A stretch of 64,000 nucleotides of DNA from the human T2T-CHM13v2.0 reference genome, Homo sapiens. The position numbers and the translations under genes are program-made. The notes under the pieces were generated by a model, which worked only from the letters and a program-made list of their open reading frames with translations, was not told the DNA's origin and searched no databases. The stretch lies in NCBI RefSeq assembly GCF_009914755.1, contig NC_060932.1. One strand, 5' to 3'. Below, piece after piece: positions 53,801 through 64,000 of this stretch. Within the stretch, counting starts at the first letter, position 1, and the number at the start of each line of letters is the position of its first letter.

Positions 53801-56800
53801 AGGTTTGAAACCCTCTTTTTATAGTGTCTGGAAGCGGGCATTTGGAGCGCTTTCAGGCCTATGCTTAAAATAGGAAATATCTACCTACAGAAACTAGACA
53901 GAAGCATTCTGAGAATCACGTTTGTGATGTGGGTACTCAACTAACAGTGTTGATCCATTCTTTTGATACAGCAGTTTTGAACCACACTTTTTGTAGAATC
54001 TGCAAGAGGATATTTGGATAGCTGTGAGGATTTCGTTGGAAACGGGAATGTCTTCAAAGAAAATCTAGACAGAAGCATTCTCAGAAACACCTTCGTGATG
54101 TTTGCAATCAAGTCACAGAGTTGAACCTTCCGTTTCATAGAGCAGGTTGGAAACACTCTTATTGTAGTATCTGGAAGTGGACATTTGGAGCGCTTTCAGG
54201 CCTATGGTGAAAAAGGAAATATCTTCCCATAAAAACGACATAGAAGCTATCTCAGGAACTTGTTTATGATGCATCTAATCAACTAACAGTGTTGAACCTT
54301 TGTACTGACAGAGCAGTTTGAAACACTCTTTTTTTGGAATCTGCAAGTGGATATTTGGATCGCTTTGAGGATTTCGTTGGAAACGGGATGCAATATAAAA
54401 CGTACACAGCAGCATACTCAGAAAATACTTTGCCATATTTCCATTCAAGTCACAGAGTGGAACATTCCCATTCATAGAGCAGGTTGGAAACACTCTTTTT
54501 GGAGTATCTGGAAGTGGACATTTGGAGCGCTTTCTGAACTATGGTGAAAAAGGAAATATCTTCCAATGAAAACAAGACAGAAGCATTCTGAGAAACTTAT
54601 TTGTGATGTGTGTCCTCAACAAACGGACTTGAACCTTTCGTTTCATGCAGTACTTCTGGAACACTCTTTTTGAAGATTCTGCATGCGGATATTTGGATAG
54701 CTTTGAGGATTTCGTTGGAAACGGGCTTACATGTAAAAATTAGACAGCAGCATTCTCAGAAACTTCTTTGTGGTGTCTGCATTCAAGTCACAGAATTGAA
54801 CTTCCCCTCACATAGAGCAGTTGTGCAGCACTCTATTTGTAGTATCTGGAAGTGGACATTTGGAGGGCTTTGTAGCCTATCTGGAAAAAGGAAATATCTT
54901 CCCATGAATGCGAGATAGAAGTAATCTCAGAAACATGTTTATGCTGTATCTACTCAACTAACTGTGCTGAACATTTCTATTGATAGAGCAGTTTTGAGAC
55001 ACTCTTCTTTTGGAATCTGCAAGTGGATATTTGGATAGATTTGAGGATTTCGTTGGAAACGGGATTATATATAAAAAGTAGACAGCAGCATTCTCAGAAA
55101 CTTCTTTGTGATGTTTGCATCCAGCTCTCAGAGTTGAACATTCCCTTTCATAGAGTAGGTTTGAAACCCTCTTTTTATAGTGTCTGGAAGCGGGCATTTG
55201 GAGCGCTTTCAGGCCTATGCTTAAAATAGGAAATATCTACCTATAGAAACTAGACAGAAGCATTCTGAGAATCACGTTTGTGATGTGGGTACTCAACTAA
55301 CAGTGTTGATCCATTCTTTTGATACAGCAGTTTTGAACCACACTTTTTGTAGAATCTGCAAGAGGATATTTGGATAGCTGTGAGGATTTCGTTGGAAACG
55401 GGAATGTCTTCAAAGAAAATCTAGACAGAAGCATTCTCAGAAACACCTTCGTGATGTTTGCAATCAAGTCACAGAGTTGAACCTTCCGTTTCATAGAGCA
55501 GGTTGGAAACACTCTTATTGTAGTATCTGGAAGGGGACATTTGGAGCGCTTTCAGGCCTATGGTGAAAAAGGAAATATCTTCCCATAAAAACGACATAGA
55601 AGCTGTCTCAGGAACTTGTTTATGATGCATCTAATCAACTAACAGTGTTGAACCTTTGTACTGACAGAGCAGTTTGAAACACTCTTTTTTTGGAATCTGC
55701 AAGTGGATATTTGGATCGCTTTGAGGATTTCGTTGGAAACGGGATGCAATATAAAACGTACACAGCAGCATACTCAGAAAATACTTTGCCATATTTCCAT
55801 TCAAGTCACAGAGTGGAACATTCCCATTCATAGAGCAGGTTTGAAACACTCTTTTTGGAGTATCTGGAAGTGGACATTTGGAGCGCTTTCTGAACTATGG
55901 TGAAAAAGGAAATATCTTCCAATGAAAACAAGACAGAAGCATTCTGAGAAACTTATTTGTGATGTGTGTCCTCAACAAACGGACTTGAACCTTTCGTTTC
56001 ATGCAGTACTTCTGGAACACTCTTTTTGAAGATTCTGCATGCGGATATTTGGATAGCTTTGAGGATTTCGTTGGAAACGGGCTTACATGTAAAAATTAGA
56101 CAGCAGCATTCTCAGAAACTTCTTTGTGGTGTCTGCATTCAAGTCACAGAATTGAACTTCCCCTCACATAGAGCAGTTGTGCAGCACTCTATTTGTAGTA
56201 TCTGGAAGTGGACATTTGGAGGGCTTTGTAGCCTATCTGGAAAAAGGAAATATCTTCCCATGAATGCGAGATAGAAGTAATCTGAGAAACATGTTTATGC
56301 TGTATCTACTCAACTAACTGTGCTGAACATTTCTATTGATAGAGCAGTTTTGAGACCCTCTTCTTTTGGAATCTGCAAGTGGATATTTGGATAGATTTGA
56401 GGATTTCGTTGGAAACGGGATTATATATAAAAAGTAGACAGCAGCATTCTCAGAAACTTCTTTGTGATGTTTGCATCCAGCTCTCAGAGTTGAACATTCC
56501 CTTTCATAGAGTAGGTTTGAAACCCTCTTTTTATAGTGTCTGGAAGCGGGCATTTGGAGCGCTTTCAGGCCTATGCTTAAAATAGGAAATATCTACCTAC
56601 AGAAACTAGACAGAAGCATTCTGAGAATCACGTTTGTGATGTGGGTACTCAACTAACAGTGTTGATCCATTCTTTTGATACAGCAGTTTTGAACCACACT
56701 TTTTGTAGAATCTGCAAGAGGATATTTGGATAGCTGTGAGGATTTCGTTGGAAACGGGAATGTCTTCAAAGAAAATCTAGACAGAAGCATTCTCAGAAAC

Positions 56801-57629
56801 ACCTTCGTGATGTTTGCAATCAAGTCACAGAGTTGAACCTTCCGTTTCATAGAGCAGGTTGGAAACACTCTTATTGTAGTATCTGGAAGTGGACATTTGG
56901 AGCGCTTTCAGGCCTATGGTGAAAAAGGAAATATCTTCCCATAAAAACGACATAGAAGCTATCTCAGGAACTTGTTTATGATGCATCTAATCAACTAACA
57001 GTGTTGAACCTTTGTACTGACAGAGCAGTTTGAAACACTCTTTTTTTGGAATCTGCAAGTGGATATTTGGATCGCTTTGAGGATTTCGTTGGAAACGGGA
57101 TGCAATATAAAACGTACACAGCAGCATACTCAGAAAATACTTTGCCATATTTCCATTCAAGTCACAGAGTGGAACATTCCCATTCATAGAGCAGGTTGGA
57201 AACACTCTTTTTGGAGTATCTGGAAGTGGACATTTGGAGCGCTTTCTGAACTATGGTGAAAAAGGAAATATCTTCCAATGAAAACAAGACAGAAGCATTC
57301 TGAGAAACTTATTTGTGATGTGTGTCCTCAACAAACGGACTTGAACCTTTCGTTTCATGCAGTACTTCTGGAACACTCTTTTTGAAGATTCTGCATGCGG
57401 ATATTTGGATAGCTTTGAGGATTTCGTTGGAAACGGGCTTACATGTAAAAATTAGACAGCAGCATTCTCAGAAACTTCTTTGTGGTGTCTGCATTCAAGT
57501 CACAGAATTGAACTTCCCCTCACATAGAGCAGTTGTGCAGCACTCTATTTGTAGTATCTGGAAGTGGACATTTGGAGGGCTTTGTAGCCTATCTGGAAAA
57601 AGGAAATATCTTCCCATGAATGCGAGATA
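50850..57629 (+). repeat. Five 8-mer HORs (50850, 52206, 53562, 54918, 56274)
   Basis: 1356-bp spacing. Confidence 0.95.
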
Positions 57630-60015
57630 GAAGTAATCTCAGAAACATGTTTATGCTGTATCTACTCAACTAACTGTGCTGAACATTTCTATTGATAGAG
57701 CAGTTTTGAGACCCTCTTCTTTTGGAATCTGCAAGTGGATATTTGGATAGATTTGAGGATTTCGTTGGAAACGGGATTATATATAGAAAGTAGACAGCAG
57801 CATTCTCAGAAACTTCTTTGTGATGTTTGCATCCAGCTCTCAGAGTTGAACATTCCCTTTCATAGAGTAGGTTTGAAACCCTCTTTTTATAGTGTCTGGA
57901 AGCGGGCATTTGGAGCGCTTTCAGGCCTATGCTGAAAAAGGAGATATCTACCTATAGAAACTAGACAGAAGCATTCTGAGAATCACGTTTGTGATGTGGG
58001 TACTCAACTAACAGTGTTGATCCATTCTTTTGATACAGCAGTTTTGAACCACACTTTTTGTAGAATCTGCAAGTGGATATTTGGATAGCTGTGAGGATTT
58101 CGTTGGAAACGGGAATGTCTTCATAGAAAATTTAGAGAGAAGCATTCTCAGAACCTTGATTGTGATGTGTGTTCTCCACTAACAGAGTTGAACCTTTCTT
58201 TTGACAGAACTGTTCTGAAACATTCTTTTTATAGAATCTGGAAGTGGATATTTGGAAAGCTTTGAGGATTTCGTTGGAAACGGGAATATCTTCAAATCAA
58301 ATCTAGCCAGAAGCATTCTAAGAAACATCTTAGGGATGTTTACATTCAAGTCACAGAGTTGAACATTCCCTTTCACAGAGCAGGTTTGAAACAATCTTCT
58401 CGTACTATCTGGCAGTGGACATTTTGAGCTCTTTGGGGCCTATGCTGAAAAAGGAAATATCTTCCGACAAAAACTAGACAGAAGCATTCGCAGAATCACG
58501 TTTGTGATGTGTGCACTCAACTGTCAGAATTGAACCTTGGTTTGGAGAGAGCACTTTTGAAACACTCTTTTTGTAGAATCTGCAGGTGGATATTTGGCTA
58601 GCTTTGAGGATTTCGTTGGAAACGGTAATGTCTTCAAAGAAAATCTAGACAGAAGCATTCTCAGAAACACCTTCGTGATGTTTGCAATCAAGTCACAGAG
58701 TTGAACCTTCCGTTTCATAGAGCAGGTTGGAAACACACTTTTTGTAGTATCTGGAAGTGGACATTTGGAGGGCTTTGTAGCCTATCTGGAAAAAGGAAAT
58801 ATCTTCCCATGAATGCGAGATAGAAGTAATCTCAGAAACATGTTTATGCTGTATCTACTCAACTAACTGTGCTGAACATTTCTATTGATAGAGCAGTTTT
58901 GAGACACTCTTCTTTTGGAATCTGCAAGTGGATATTTGGATAGATTTGAGGATTTCGTTGGAAACGGTATTATATATAAAAAGTAGACAGCAGCATTCTC
59001 AGAAACTTCTTTGTGATGTTTGCATCCAGCTCCCAGAGTTGAACATTCCCTTTCATAGAGTAGGTTTGAAACCCTCTTTTTATAGTGTCTGGAAGCGGGC
59101 ATTTGGAGCGCTTTCAGGCCTATGCTGAAAAAGGAAATATCTACCTATAGAAACTAGACAGAAGCATTCTGAGAATCACGTTTGTGATGTGGGTACTCAA
59201 CTAACAGTGTTGATCCATTCTTTTGATACAGCAGTTTTGAACCACACTTTTTGTAGAATCTGCAAGTGGATATTTGGATAGCTGTGAGGATTTCGTTGGA
59301 AACGGGAATGTCTTCATAGAAAATTTAGACAGAAGCATTCTCAGAACCTTGATTGTGATGTGTGTTCTCCACTAACAGAGTTGAACCTTTCTTTTGACAG
59401 AACTGTTCTGAAACATTCTTTTTATAGAATCTGGAAGTGGATATTTGGAAAGCTTTGAGGATTTCGTTGGAAACGGGAATATCTTCAAATCAAATCTAGC
59501 CAGAAGCATTCTAAGAAACAGCTTAGGGATGTTTACATTCAAGTCACAGAGTTGAACATTCCCTTTCACAGAGCAGGTTTGAAACAATCTTCTCGTACTA
59601 TCTGGCAGTGGACATTTTGAGCTCTTTGGGGCCTATGCTGAAAAAGGAAATATCTTCCGACAAAAACTAGACAGAAGCATTCGCAGAATCACGTTTGTGA
59701 TGTGTGCACTCAACTGTCAGAATTGAACCTTGGTTTGGAGAGAGCACTTTTGAAACACTCTTTTTGTAGAATCTGCAGGTGGATATTTGGCTAGCTTTGA
59801 GGATTTCGTTGGAAACGGTAATGTCTTCAAAGAAAATCTAGACAGAAGCATTCTCAGAAACACCTTCGTGATGTTTGCAATCAAGTCACAGAGTTGAACC
59901 TTCCGTTTCATAGAGCAGGTTGGAAACACACTTTTTGTAGTATCTGGAAGTGGACATTTGGAGGGCTTTGTAGCCTATCTGGAAAAAGGAAATATCTTCC
60001 CATGAATGCGAGATA
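57630..60015 (+). repeat. Two 7-mer HORs (57630, 58823)
   Basis: 1193-bp spacing. Confidence 0.95.
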
Positions 60016-61371
60016 GAAGTAATCTCAGAAACATGTTTATGCTGTATCTACTCAACTAACTGTGCTGAACATTTCTATTGATAGAGCAGTTTTGAGACAC
60101 TCTTCTTTTGGAATCTGCAAGTGGATATTTGGATAGATTTGAGGATTTCGTTGGAAACGGGATTATATATAAAAAGTAGACAGCAGCATTCTCAGAAACT
60201 TCTTTGTGATGTTTGCATCCAGCTCTCAGAGTTGAACATTCCCTTTCATAGAGTAGGTTTGAAACCCTCTTTTTATAGTGTCTGGAAGCGGGCATTTGGA
60301 GCGCTTTCAGGCCTATGCTTAAAATAGGAAATATCTACCTACAGAAACTAGACAGAAGCATTCTGAGAATCACGTTTGTGATGTGGGTACTCAACTAACA
60401 GTGTTGATCCATTCTTTTGATACAGCAGTTTTGAACCACACTTTTTGTAGAATCTGCAAGAGGATATTTGGATAGCTGTGAGGATTTCGTTGGAAACGGG
60501 AATGTCTTCAAAGAAAATCTAGACAGAAGCATTCTCAGAAACACCTTCGTGATGTTTGCAATCAAGTCACAGAGTTGAACCTTCCGTTTCATAGAGCAGG
60601 TTGGAAACACTCTTATTGTAGTATCTGGAAGTGGACATTTGGAGCGCTTTCAGGCCTATGGTGAAAAAGGAAATATCTTCCCATAAAAACGACATAGAAG
60701 GTATCTCAGGAACTTGTTTATGATGCATCTAATCAACTAACAGTGTTGAACCTTTGTACTGACAGAGCACTTTGAAACACTCTTTTTTTGGAATCTGCAA
60801 GTGGATATTTGGATCGCTTTGAGGATTTCGTTGGAAACGGGATGCAATATAAAACGTACACAGCAGCATACTCAGAAAATACTTTGCCATATTTCCATTC
60901 AAGTCACAGAGTGGAACATTCCCATTCATAGAGCAGGTTGGAAACACTCTTTTTGGAGTATCTGGAAGTGGACATTTGGAGCGCTTTCTGAACTATGGTG
61001 AAAAAGGAAATATCTTCCAATGAAAACAAGACAGAAGCATTCTGAGAAACTTATTTGTGATGTGTGACCTCAACAAACGGACTTGAACCTTTCGTTTCAT
61101 GCAGTACTTCTGGAACACTCTTTTTGAAGATTCTGCATGCGGATATTTGGATAGCTTTGAGGATTTCGTTGGAAACGGGCTTACATGTAAAAATTAGACA
61201 GCAGCATTCTCAGAAACTTCTTTGTGGTGTCTGCATTCAAGTCACAGAATTGAACTTCCCCTCACATAGAGCAGTTGTGCAGCACTCTATTTGTAGTATC
61301 TGGAAGTGGACATTTGGAGGGCTTTGTAGCCTATCTGGAAAAAGGAAATATCTTCCCATGAATGCGAGATA
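60016..61371 (+). repeat. One 8-mer HOR
   Basis: 1356 bp. Confidence 0.95.
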
Positions 61372-62564
61372 GAAGTAATCTCAGAAACATGTTTATGCTG
61401 TATCTACTCAACTAACTGTGCTGAACATTTCTATTGATAGAGCAGTTTTGAGACCCTCTTCTTTTGGAATCTGCAAGTGGATATTTGGATAGATTTGAGG
61501 ATTTCGTTGGAAACGGGATTATATATCAAAAGTAGACAGCAGCATTCTCAGAAACTTCTTTGTGATGTTTGCATCCAGCTCTCAGAGTTGAACATTCCCT
61601 TTCATAGAGTAGGTTTGAAACCCTCTTTTTATAGTGTCTGGAAGCGGGCATTTGGAGCGCTTTCAGGCCTATGCTGAAAAAGGAGATATCTACCTATAGA
61701 AACTAGACAGAAGCATTCTGAGAATCACGTTTGTGATGTGGGTACTCAACTAACAGTGTTGATCCATTCTTTTGATACAGCAGTTTTGAACCACACTTTT
61801 TGTAGAATCTGCAAGTGGATATTTGGATAGCTGTGAGGATTTCGTTGGAAACGGGAATGTCTTCATAGAAAATTTAGAGAGAAGCATTCTCAGAACCTTG
61901 ATTGTGATGTGTGTTCTCCACTAACAGAGTTGAACCTTTCTTTTGACAGAACTGTTCTGAAACATTCTTTTTATAGAATCTGGAAGTGGATATTTGGAAA
62001 GCTTTGAGGATTTCGTTGGAAACGGGAATATCTTCAAATAAAATCTAGCCAGAAGCATTCTAAGAAACATCTTAGGGATGTTTACATTCAAGTCACAGAG
62101 TTGAACATTCCCTTTCACAGAGCAGGTTTGAAACAATCTTCTCGTACTATCTGGCAGTGGACATTTTGAGCTCTTTGGGGCCTATGCTGAAAAAGGAAAT
62201 ATCTTCCGACAAAAACTAGTCAGAAGCATTCGCAGAATCACGTTTGTGATGTGTGCACTCAACTGTCAGAATTGAACCTTGGTTTGGAGAGAGCACTTTT
62301 GAAACACACTTTTTGTAGAATCTGCAGGTGGATATTTGGCTAGCTTTGAGGATTTCGTTGGAAACGGTAATGTCTTCAAAGAAAATCTAGACAGAAGCAT
62401 TCTCAGAAACACCTTCGTGATGTTTGCAATCAAGTCACAGAGTTGAACCTTCCGTTTCATAGAGCAGGTTGGAAACACACTTTTTGTAGTATCTGGAAGT
62501 GGACATTTGGAGGGCTTTGTAGCCTATCTGGAAAAAGGAAATATCTTCCCATGAATGCGAGATA
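61372..62564 (+). repeat. One 7-mer HOR
   Basis: 1193 bp. Confidence 0.95.
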
Positions 62565-64000
62565 GATGTAATCTCAGAAACATGTTTATGCTGTATCTAC
62601 TCAACTAACTGTGCTGAACATTTCTATTGATAGAGCAGTTTTGAGACACTCTTCTTTTGGAATCTGCAAGTGGATATTTGGATAGATTTGAGGATTTCGT
62701 TGGAAACGGGATTATATATCAAAAGTAGACAGCAGCATTCTCAGAAACTTCTTTGTGATGTTTGCATCCAGCTCTCAGAGTTGAACATTCCCTTTCATAG
62801 AGTAGGTTTGAAACCCTCTTTTTATAGTGTCTGGAAGCGGGCATTTGGAGCGCTTTCAGGCCTATGCTGAAAAAGGAAATATCTACCTATAGAAACTAGA
62901 CAGAAGCATTCTGAGAATCACGTTTCTGATGTGGGTACTCAACTAACAGTGTTGATCCATTCTTTTGATACAGCAGTTTTGAACCACACTTTTTGTAGAA
63001 TCTGCAAGTGGATATTTGGATAGCTGTGAGGATTTCGTTGGAAACGGGAATGTCTTCATAGAAAATTTAGACAGAAGCATTCTCAGAACCTTGATTGTGA
63101 TGTGTGTTCTCCACTAACAGAGTTGAAACTTTCTTTTGACAGAACTGTTCTGAAACATTCTTTTTATAGAATCTGGAAGTGGATATTTGGAAAGCTTTGA
63201 GGATTTCGTTGGAAACGGGAATATCTTCAAATCAAATCTAGCCAGAAGCATTCTAAGAAACAGCTTAGGGATGTTTACATTCAAGTCACAGAGTTGAACA
63301 TTCCCTTTCACAGAGCAGGTTTGAAACAATCTTCTCGTACTATCTGGCAGTGGACATTTTGAGCTCCTTGGGGCCTATGCTGAAAAAGGAAATATCTTCC
63401 GACAAAAACTAGACAGAAGCATTCGCAGAATCACGTTTGTGATGTGTGCACTCAACTGTCAGAATTGAACCTTGGTTTGGAGAGAGCACTCTTGAAACAC
63501 TCTTTTTGTAGAATCTGCAGGTGGATATTTGGCTAGCTTTGAGGATTTCGTTGGAAACGGTAATGTCTTCAAAGAAAATCTAGACAGAAGCATTCTCCGA
63601 AACACCTTCGTGATGTTTGCAATCAAGTCACAGAGTTGAACCTTCCGTTTCATAGAGCAGGTTGGAAACACTCTTTTTGTAGTATCTGGAAGTGGACATT
63701 TGGAGTGCTTTCAGGCCTATGGTGAAAAAGGAAATATCTTCCCATAAAAACGACATAGAAGCTATCTCAGGAACTTGTTTATGATGCATCTAATCAACTA
63801 ACAGTGTTGAACCTTTGTACTGACAGAGCACTTTGAAACACTCTTTTTTTGGAATCTGCAAGTGGATATTTGGATCGCTTTGAGGATTTCGTTGGAAACG
63901 GGATGCAATATAAAACGTACACAGCAGCATACTCAGAAAATACTTTGCCATATTTCCATTCAAGTCACAGAGTGGAACATTCCCATTCATAGAGCAGGTT
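62565..64000 (+). repeat. Truncated 11-mer HOR (c-d-e-f-g-a-b-i-j...)
   Basis: After f-g-a, monomer b ends ...GCTTTCAGGCCTATGGTG...CCCATAAAAACGACATA (63701-63757) and runs into i and j instead of returning to c. Adding the 675-bp i-l segment measured in 8-mers gives 1868 bp. Confidence 0.85.

Larger units (their letters stand above)
1..64000 (+). repeat. D8Z2: Centromeric alpha-satellite higher-order-repeat array (SF2, dimeric); most likely human chr8 D8Z2 / S2C8H1L
   Basis: Seen: continuous ~171-bp monomers with alphoid hallmarks (CATTCTCAGAAAC, GAGTTGAAC, GTGGA(T/C)ATTTGGA, TTTCGTTGGAAACGGG), all in one orientation, with near-identical HOR copies of 1193 and 1356 bp. Knowledge: D8Z2 is described with 4-, 7-, 8- and 11-mer HORs and classical ~1.4, ~1.9 and ~2.5 kb units. 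Alpha-satellite identity is essentially certain; the chromosome call is inferred from unit sizes. Confidence 0.9.

Noticed and set aside
150-63905. Regularly spaced conserved motif GAGGATTTCGTTGGAAACGG resembling a CRISPR repeat
   Set aside because: It is the CENP-B box region of alphoid monomers. The intervening sequence is itself repetitive, 150-320 bp long, and there are no cas genes.
63-63990. Short ORFs (66-102 aa) repeated throughout on both strands, e.g. MFPTCSMKRK..., MDIWIDLRIS..., MSSTNGLEPF...
   Set aside because: They recur at the HOR periods, overlap on opposite strands, start largely at GTG/TTG-type codons, and are made or broken by single satellite SNVs. They are chance open frames in alpha satellite with no recognisable domain.
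1-64000. Embedded L1/Alu insertion, inversion or non-satellite island
   Set aside because: Unit lengths account for the span exactly (26x1193 - 5 + 23x1356 + 2 = 62203 = 62565 - 362), and all boxes are on the + strand, leaving no room for foreign sequence.
1-64000. Assignment to other SF2 arrays with 7-mers (D9Z4, D13Z1)
   Set aside because: An abundant 1356-bp 8-mer together with a 1868-bp 11-mer and a 2549-bp composite fits D8Z2 better. This is not formally excluded without HMM classification.
1-64000. A previously undescribed biological system
   Set aside because: Everything visible is explained by known centromeric alpha-satellite organisation. Any novelty is limited to haplotype-specific duplication and junction history.

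Overview
The whole 64 kb is one uninterrupted, single-orientation array of ~171-bp primate alpha-satellite. It is of the dimeric SF2 type, with CENP-B-box monomers alternating with pJalpha/A-box monomers. I see no genes, RNA genes, transposons or inversions; all listed ORFs are recurrent chance frames in the satellite. Phasing on the monomer that starts GAAGTAATC (first at 362), I read 26 complete 7-mer HORs (1193 bp), 23 complete 8-mer HORs (1356 bp) and a final truncated 11-mer (extrapolated 1868 bp). The order is 7,7,7,7,7,7,8,7,8,8,7,7,7,7,8,8,7,7,7,7,7,8,7,7,8,7,8,8,8,8,7,8,8,8,7,8,8,8,7,7,8,8,8,8,8,7,7,8,7,11. This size set (7/8/11-mers; 7+8 = 2549 bp) best matches the active human chromosome 8 array D8Z2 (S2C8H1L); the assignment comes from HOR sizes, not from a database search. 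I found no new biological system. The interesting signal is array evolution: the 7-mer and 8-mer are two different deletion derivatives of the 11-mer with mappable junctions and different CENP-B-box layouts; there are nested tandem duplications (periods 2386, 2712, 3742, 5262, 7482 and 9166 bp); a 7-mer haplotype block is bracketed by another haplotype; and several CENP-B boxes are individually knocked out. My monomer labels are 11-mer = c-d-e-f-g-a-b-i-j-k-l, 7-mer = c-d-e-f-g-a-b/l, 8-mer = c-d-e/a-b-i-j-k-l. Variant calls were read by eye and need alignment to confirm.
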